Below, piece after piece: positions 33,270 to 40,142 of a stretch of 40,142 nt of DNA. Origin of the DNA: Octopus bimaculoides. Lineage: Eukaryota. Below the pieces are notes generated by a model. It worked only from the letters and a program-made list of their open reading frames with translations. It did no database searches and was not told where the DNA came from. The stretch lies in assembly GCF_001194135.2 (NCBI RefSeq), contig NC_068983.1:114131956-114172097 (forward strand), read 5' to 3'. The position numbers were made by a program, and so were the translations under genes. Each line of letters begins with the position of its first letter. Positions within the stretch are counted from its first letter, which is position 1.

Positions 33270-34830
33270 ACTAATCACTCGTTACCTAGTATCCATACTT
33301 CTGGCATAGTAGCCAGTGAAGGTTTTGGGTGATCTTGTTATGTACTCTACACTTGTACTCTTTCTGCATAAGAGTTTCACAAGCACTAACAATGTGAGTC
33401 ATGCTTTCAACCTTCTTCTCACACATTCTGTAGAGGTTCATAGCTCTTGTTTGGTATATATCCCTTTTCACTGAGTTGGTGTTCAATGCTTGGCTCTGGG
33501 TAGCAATGATTAGGCTTCCAGTCTTCTTTTTAAGGTCACCTTTGCTGAGCCACATCCATGATCTTACCTGGTTTTTTAAGATGTTAGTTTCATAGCGGAA
33601 CTGACAATGCGGAGTAGCGTTTCTTCTCTCTCGCAGGTTGTTTGTGATTGAAATTCATTAACACTCCCAGTTCCATTGTTGGTTAATCCTTCTGCATTAG
33701 CAGTATACTGTAGTAGGTCATGTTTGCTGTTTAGCAAATACTCTGTCATGTTTCTTCCTTCACTGTTGATGCACTCCTGAACATTAATCAAGCCACGCCC
33801 ACCTTTTTACCTTTATATATACAGCCTGTGTACACTTTGCCATAGGATGGAGGGCACCATGCATTATCATTGTCCTTTGGGTAGTGTGATCGAGTTGGTC
33901 AATCTCTACTCACGTTCATTTTAGAATGGGTACACTATAGCGAACTACAGCAACAGCCCATATGTTGATAGCAGTCACAAGGTTCCTGGCATTGAGTTTT
34001 GACTTCAAGAGAAACGAGAGGTGTTTCAAATATGCAGTGGTGACTTTGTCTTTCATTTCTCTGTGCAAAATATTGTCTGGCTCCAGAATCCCAAGGTACT
34101 TGTATCCATCATCCAGGTCTCCCATTCACTCTCCATTCACAATCTGCTCTTTTCCCCTGTTTCAAAGTGAGCAGTACTCACTTTGAGATCCTGAATTTCA
34201 TTCCTATATCTTTGCTGCTTATCTGTACAGTCTCAACCAGCCTCTCCATCTCAGTCTCTGCTTTTGAAAACAGATTAAAATCATCCACGAAGAGAAGATA
34301 GTTGAGATGAGGTTCATTCTTACTCAGCTTGTACTGCACGTTGACTTTCCAAAGTGGGATCAAGGCTAAACAAATAACAAAGGTGAACAAGAATCTCTTT
34401 GGAAGATACCTCTTTTGTTCGTTACTTCAGCTAAGTGCTGGGTGTAACAGAAAAGATATTTTCCAACTAGGCATGCTGTTCTTGATCAGTGCACATGTTT
34501 TCAGCTACTTCACATATGCCGAGTGTTTTCAGAATCCACGAATGTGGCACCATGTCATAAGCCTTTTTAAAGTCTATTCATGCCATGTGCAAGTTTTTTT
34601 TTTTTTGGTACTGTTTGCAGTTCTTCATTATGACCTTGTCTATCACAAGGTAGTCCTTGTTGCACTTGGATCCTTTCTTGGCATTCCTTTTTTTCTACTG
34701 GAAGTAGATTGTTTTCCACAAGGAAAATATATATCTTCCATGTGAGGATGCTTGTTAATACTTTTCATAAGAGGTTAAGACAAGCAATGGGTCAGTAATT
34801 GCCAACCTCATTGCCCTTAGACCAATTTTT
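33270..34830 (-). mobile_element. Decayed R4/Dong-like RLE LINE (RT through CCHC)
   Basis: HLNYLLFVDDFNLF (RT catalytic motif); YKYLGILE; KSKLNARNLVTAINIWAVAVVRYS; WLSKGDLKKKTGSLIIATQSQAL; RMCEKKVESMTHIVSAC. Confidence 0.92.
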
Positions 34831-35542
34831 CATCAACAATGTTGTCTTTCCCTCTACAATCCATTCTGGAACTATATCACTCTGTAGGCAATCATCTAAT
34901 TGCAACCCAGTTCATTTGTGTGTTGACCTAAACCACTTGAGTCAGTAGCCTTGGAGTCCATCTAGTCCTGCCACTCTCCAATTTGAGAGTTTTAATACTT
35001 GTGTAATTACATCTTCTGTTGTTACACACACATGGTCCTGTCTTGCAGCCTCGGGTGATGGAGTTTGAATCTCACAGAATGAATCCACTCAGCACTGTGG
35101 TTGTGAGAAACCTCTTGCCCCCAACTTTCCACTACTTCAGGAGGTATATTACCTTAGCAACCTCTTGTCCGTCTTCATGTTCTGAGTTCAAATTCTGCTA
35201 AGGTCGACTTTCATCCTATCTAGCAACCAAAGAAGGGACAAAATCTTACAGCTGTTTTGGCCTAGCGTTAGCATGCCCCATTCTATCTATATAGCTACAG
35301 TATGCTGATGTCCTTTTAAGTTTGAGATTTAATTGTTGATATGACATAGTATGTCATAAGTGTCTGTATATTGTCTTTATTGTCCTTTTGGTTGTAAAAT
35401 AAATGGATTAATCAACAGAGTACAATGTCTTATAAGCACTTGGTAAATCACTAGTGTAACAATAATTGGGAACCCTCCCAACAGTATATTGGATAGATAT
35501 TCTCCCTTAGTGGGTTGGATTCTCAACCCCTAACTCTCTTGG

Positions 35543-35653
<111 letters not shown>

Positions 35654-35711
35654 TACATACTCTACAAGGCTTAAACAGGTGACAAAATGTTGCGCAGTAT
35701 CTGAACTGGTT

Positions 35712-36420
35712 AAAGTGGCGAGCTGGGTTAGCATGGTGATTGATAATGCTTAGCAGCATTTCTTCTGTCTTCACCTTCTGTGTTCAAATTCAGTCAAGGT
35801 CAACTTTGACTTTCATCCTTTTGGGGCTGATAAAATAAGTATCAGTTGAATAATGGGGTCGATGTAATCAACTTATCCCTTCTCCCGAAATTGCTGGCCT
35901 TGTGCTAACATTTGAAATCAGTATTTGTACTGGTTAAGGTGGCAGGCTGGCAGAAACATTAGCATGCCAGAAGTACCAGCTGAGCATTGGATGGATGCAA
36001 TCATCTTATTCCCTCCTCCGAAATTGCTGGCCTTGTGCCAAAATTTAAAACCAATATTTTTTTGGCTCATTATGTTCTGAGATCAAGTCTTTTTTATGTC
36101 AACTTTGCCTTTTATTTCTTCGAGATCAAGAAAATAGTGTGGTACTGGGGTCTATATAATCAACTAACTCTTTTTATTGCCTTTGTGCCTAAATTAGAAA
36201 TTTTAGGAGTGGTTAACTAATAGAATCATTTAAGATTTAAGAAAAAAAGGAAATGCTTTACTGTATTTGTTCTGTCACTTTACCTTCCTGCCGAGGTCAA
36301 TTTTGTCGTTTATTTCTCTGAAATCAATAAAATAAAGTAGCAATCAAGTACTGGAGTTGATTGTGTAGACTCACTCCCCTGAAATTTACTCGTTTTATGA
36401 CTAGATCAGAAGCAATTATT
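35712..36420 (+). mobile_element. Cluster of about four SINE family A copies of differing decay
   Basis: Heads at about 35712, 35936 and 36205; repeated tails GCTGGCCTTGTGC..AATTT.AAA. Confidence 0.8.
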
Positions 36421-36561
36421 AGCTCAAGCGAAAGTGATTCTTGGATTACATATACCACATTTCTTATAATGAATTACTATACCTTTTTCCTGCTAAATAT
36501 TTTTTAACAGTAGTCAAGACTTGTCAGACGAAAACAACGTTCCGGATCTTGTTCAAAACGT

Positions 36562-36837
36562 GGGCACCAGTATTTTCTTAACGAAACACTTTCAAACTTG
36601 GGACACTGGTAGAATGTGTCATATAAAACATCTTTTTCTCTTAGTCTTCTTAACAAAAAAACGTACATCGCAAGTTATTTCATGTTAAAGTTGTCGTATT
36701 TCTGTAATTTCAACCAATGACTGACGTCCATTCAGCCGATTTCATTAAGTGCTGACTACGTAAACAAACGATTCTCAAACGATTCTGGCGGTGATAAAAT
36801 TATTATTTCCTTGTCAAAAAATGGCTGAAGCATATTG
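36562..36837 (+). mobile_element. End of a GGGC-terminated interspersed repeat (probable DNA transposon or MITE end), cut by a gap
   Basis: 36562-36739 is the reverse complement, with few mismatches, of about 38810-38989. Confidence 0.7.
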
Positions 36838-36883
36838 NNNNNNNNNNGCACAAGGCCTGGTTTTTGAGGGAAGGAGCAAGTCG

Positions 36884-36909
36884 GTTAGGGTTAGGGTTAA
36901 GGTTAGGGA
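36884..36909 (+). repeat. Short interstitial (TTAGGG)n-like tract
   Basis: GGTTAGGGTTAGGGTTAAGGTTAGGG. Confidence 0.85.
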
Positions 36910-37189
36910 AAACGAACACACGTGTGTTGCCTCTCTGCAAAATGTCAGAAGTAATGGAGATTAAATACGCTTTACACCGCTTAAACTGCCAAAGGAGTAA
37001 GTGTAAACAGCTGAATACTTGTCAGTGATTGGTTGAAATTATCGAAATAAGACAATTTTTTACATGAAATAAATTCGAATACAAAAATTTTTTTCTGTTC
37101 TATAACACAAAATAGATAAGTATACGAAGTTTGAAAGACTTTCGGTACCAAAAACACTACATAAAACATAAATGAAAACTGGTGCCCCC
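36910..37189 (-). mobile_element. Related but distinct GGGCACCAGT-terminated repeat end
   Basis: Shares GTCAGTGATTGGTTGAAATTA..GAAATA.GACAA..ACATGAAATAA with 38825-38875; ends ACTGGTGCCC at 37178-37187. Confidence 0.6.
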
Positions 37190-38739
37190 TCGAAGAGCGA
37201 ATTTATTAAACTTCACGATGCAAAATAACTACGAATGAAAGGGGAAATAACTTTTCCATTGATTTCCAAGATCCGTTTGTGCAGTTGTTACTCTGGTTTG
37301 AATGAAGACAATTGGTATCCACTTTCTATTGTGTATTATACTGTATATGCTTGTGTGTCAGCTCTACCTTTATGTTGGATAGAGGTGTGGAAATGTTATG
37401 CTTATAAAGTGTAAAAGGAGTGGAACACATATTTAATAGACAAGCTGTTGAATGCTATAGTATTTTATTGATAAACAAATGATAAGAAATTGCCAGATAT
37501 TCTGTCTGTGGTGGCTAAGATAGTACATAGAGAGTGTGTTCAGATATATTTCTAAACAGCAATGTACCATGAGTCTCAGCCCGTAGAATTTCTAGACCAA
37601 AAGACACACGATACAAACACGCATGCAACAATTAAATAAAATCCACAAGTGACTTGATGGAACAACTGTCGACGCATGGTGACCGGTGATTTATCGTGTC
37701 GTTTACAGATTCTAATAATAATATTAGGGAACACAAACATAATAAGAGTTTTATATAGCCTTTATATTTGTTTGGGATGAAGGTACTAAAGAAGATATTA
37801 ACTAAAACGAATACCAAGGGCAACATTTTTCATTTATGTTTTATGTTTTGTCCATTATATAATTCTATTTTGTATGTTAAATTCGTTCCGATAGGCGAAA
37901 GATCCTTTCTGTTGTTTACTTAATTTTTCATGTATACGTACATCTGTTTGCCTTGCACAGAGGCTTAATGCTTTTAGCTTAAGTCCCTAGCCACGCCGGT
38001 TTTGAGTAGTATCGGAGATAAGTGGGCGAGACTACGTAGACATTCCAGACTCCGACTGAAGAGGAATTGGCTGCGAATGATCCTTCTATCGTGTTTTGTC
38101 CTGTTTGCCGTTGTTACGCTATCGTCCTTTTTTTGATTTGAAGAAGATTTGGCTGCTATTTCTAGGAAATAAAGCACTTGGTGGAGGTGCATTAATAATT
38201 CTGCCAGCTCCAATAACAAGTGCAGGCAATATTCAAGTATTTTGATGGCTTTTCCCCCTTATTAGCTATTATTAAATCAACTGAAACATGTAGAATAGTG
38301 TAATTCAAGCATAATAGCAGCCAAATCTTCTTCAAATCAAACTCTACCATCATTTAGAAAATGTGTTACTGAGTACTAGCGAAAAATTGTTACAAACACA
38401 GATACNNNNNNNNNNNNNNNNNNNNNNNNNNNNNNNNNNNNNNNNNNNNNNNNNNNNNNNNNNNNNNNNNNNNNNNNNNNNNNNNNNNNNNNNNNNNNNN
38501 NNNNNNNNNNNNNNNNNNNNNNNNNNNNNNNNNNNNNNNNNNNNNNNNNNNNNNNNNNNNNNNNNNNNNNNNNNNNNNNNNNNNNNNNNNNNNNNNNNNN
38601 NNNNNNNNNNNNNNNNNNNNNNNNNNNNNNNNNNNNNNNNNNNNNNNNNNNNNNNNNNNNNNNNNNNNNNNNNNNNNNNNNNNNNNNNNNNNNNNNNNNN
38701 NNNNNNNNNNNNNNNNNNNNNNNNNNNNNNNNNNNNAAA

Positions 38740-38989
38740 CTAAAAAAACCGGATGAAATATGTCAACAAGGGATTAATACCATATACACCGCCGCAGCAG
38801 TAACTGTATTCAGCTGAATAGACGTCAGTGATTGGTTGAAATTACAGAAATACGACAACTCTAACATGAAATAACTTGCGATGTACAATTTTTTTGTTAA
38901 GAAGGCTAAGAGAAAAAGTTGTTTTATATGACACATTCTACCAGTGTCCCAAGTTTGAAAGTGTTTCGTTAAGAAAACAAGTGTTGCCC
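38740..38989 (-). mobile_element. Inverted partner of 36562-36739
   Basis: GACACATTCTACCAGTGTCCCAAGTTTGAAAGTGTTTCGTTAAGAAAA is the exact reverse complement of about 36573-36620. Confidence 0.75.
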
Positions 38990-39029
38990 GTCAAACCAAA
39001 AAGATCCGAACAATATCACATTAGTAAAG

Positions 39030-39249
39030 AATATTGGTTTCAAACTTTGGTACAATGCCAGCAATTTCGGGGGCGGGGATAAGTCGATCGCATTGACCCC
39101 AGTGCTCTACTTGTACGGATTTCATCAACTTCGAAATGATGAAAAGCAAATTCGACCTCACCGGGATTTGAACTCAGACCGTAAAGACGGGCGAAATGCG
39201 GCTACGCATTTTGTCTAACGGGGTATCAAATTCTGCTTGCTCGTCACCC
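39030..39249 (-). mobile_element. SINE family A
   Basis: Reverse complement of tail (TTTCAAACTTTGGTACAATGCCAGC), central domain and B-box (GGATTTGAACTC). Confidence 0.82.
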
Positions 39250-39280
39250 TACATCAGTAAATAATATTAAAATGGCACAT

Positions 39281-39355
39281 GGCGGCGAGCTGGCAGAAAC
39301 GTTAACACGCCGGTTGAAATGCTTAGCGGTATTTCATCTGCCGGGCTTAGCGGTA
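39281..39355 (+). mobile_element. SINE family A head, cut by a gap
   Basis: GGCGGCGAGCTGGCAGAAACGTTAACACGCCGG..GAAATGCTTAGCGGTATTTC. Confidence 0.88.
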
Positions 39356-39365
39356 NNNNNNNNNN

Positions 39366-40142
39366 AGAAGTTTCGGATTCTTCTGAAGGGGAATTTCCAA
39401 AACTATCGAATTGTATTGTTGCAAGGAGGAACATTAATGTGAAAAGCCTACAAACGGAAGAAAAACAAAAAAAGAAGTTTTGCGTCGGCGGCTGGAGGTG
39501 GAACCCGCCAGCTGTCGACAAACAAAAGCGGCCTACTAATGTACAAAGACATGATTACAATTCAAGACGGTGTTGTCAAGGTTCAACCCCCAGAGGATTA
39601 TTTATTGTCAGAAAAAAAGAAAACCATCATATTCAAGACATACTGTAAAAAAGAAAGAAGAATTGAGCGAGGAGAGAGTGGAAAAATGTTTGAAATCCAT
39701 CTGGCAGGATATCACATATCTGACCAGAGGTAAAAAATTCGGTACCATCGAGGTACAACTAAAAAATATTGAAACGGCACAGATGCATTCGATAAATTCA
39801 TTGGAAACAGAAGATTTAATTCTAATACCTATATACATGGGTATGAGGACTGCCAACATACGAATAACAAAGGTTCCTCCTAAAGTCGACCCTATGTGGT
39901 TGATGGCGGCAGTCCTGTCAAAAAAAAATAGAGGAGATAAATATCCTTCAGGCTAACGTCTCTGAAAAGGCAAATTGGACCGGCCACATGGTCCACTTCA
40001 TTATACAAACGGAACAAACTGTTTTAGAACAGCTTCCAGAAAAAATAGAAGTTGGGGAGGAGTTGTTCCTCAACGTTTTTGTCGAGGGGCGTAAACCCCG
40101 ATGTTTTCAGTGCGGTCAGATAGGCCATATAAAAAAATACTG
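39366..40142 (+). mobile_element. Gag-like ORF1 of an L1/Tx1-like LINE, frameshifted at two poly-A runs, continuing beyond the window
   Basis: MYKDMITIQDG..KTIIFKTY / KEELSEERVEKCLKSIWQDITYLTRGKKFGTIEV..IRITKVPP / ..NVFVEGRKPRCFQCGQIGHIKKYC; CX2CX4HX4C knuckle starts at 40102. Confidence 0.8.

Noticed and set aside
37632-37826. 64-aa minus-strand ORF with faint resemblance to a PLE C-terminus
   Set aside because: No recognisable conserved motif; the resemblance is too subjective.
38056-38095. CTGAAGA followed by a weak GGA..TCC stem
   Set aside because: No GAAA or NUH site follows, so it is too incomplete to call a hammerhead.
39322-39355. Duplicated GCTTAGCGGTA in a SINE head
   Set aside because: It is directly adjacent to a gap and is probably a contig-end artefact.

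Overview
AT-rich eukaryotic genomic DNA that is almost entirely repeats, with six N gaps (9317-9326, 16168-16326, 25659-25956, 36838-36847, 38406-38736, 39356-39365). The SINE and LINE repertoire looks like an octopus (coleoid cephalopod) genome; this is inferred from family recognition, not from a database search. No intact protein-coding gene, rRNA, true tRNA, CRISPR array or prokaryotic system is supported, and most listed ORFs are microsatellite artefacts or antisense TE frames. The window holds many tRNA-derived SINEs (working labels A, B, C and CORE-like), several RTE LINE fragments, three R4/Dong-like restriction-endonuclease (RLE) LINE fragments associated with (TAA)n tracts, the gag-like ORF1 of an L1/Tx1-like LINE at the right edge, a structurally complete 869-bp non-autonomous Helitron, two HINE/DINE-like elements, piggyBac-like and Tc1/mariner-like MITEs and a fossil hAT transposase. 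The most notable signals are three Penelope-like relics carrying minimal type I hammerhead ribozyme motifs, a candidate minus-strand terminal exon resembling a macrodomain C-terminus, and a 1.3-kb decayed coding-like segment of unknown origin. Boundaries were judged by eye and are approximate unless TSDs or TIRs are given.
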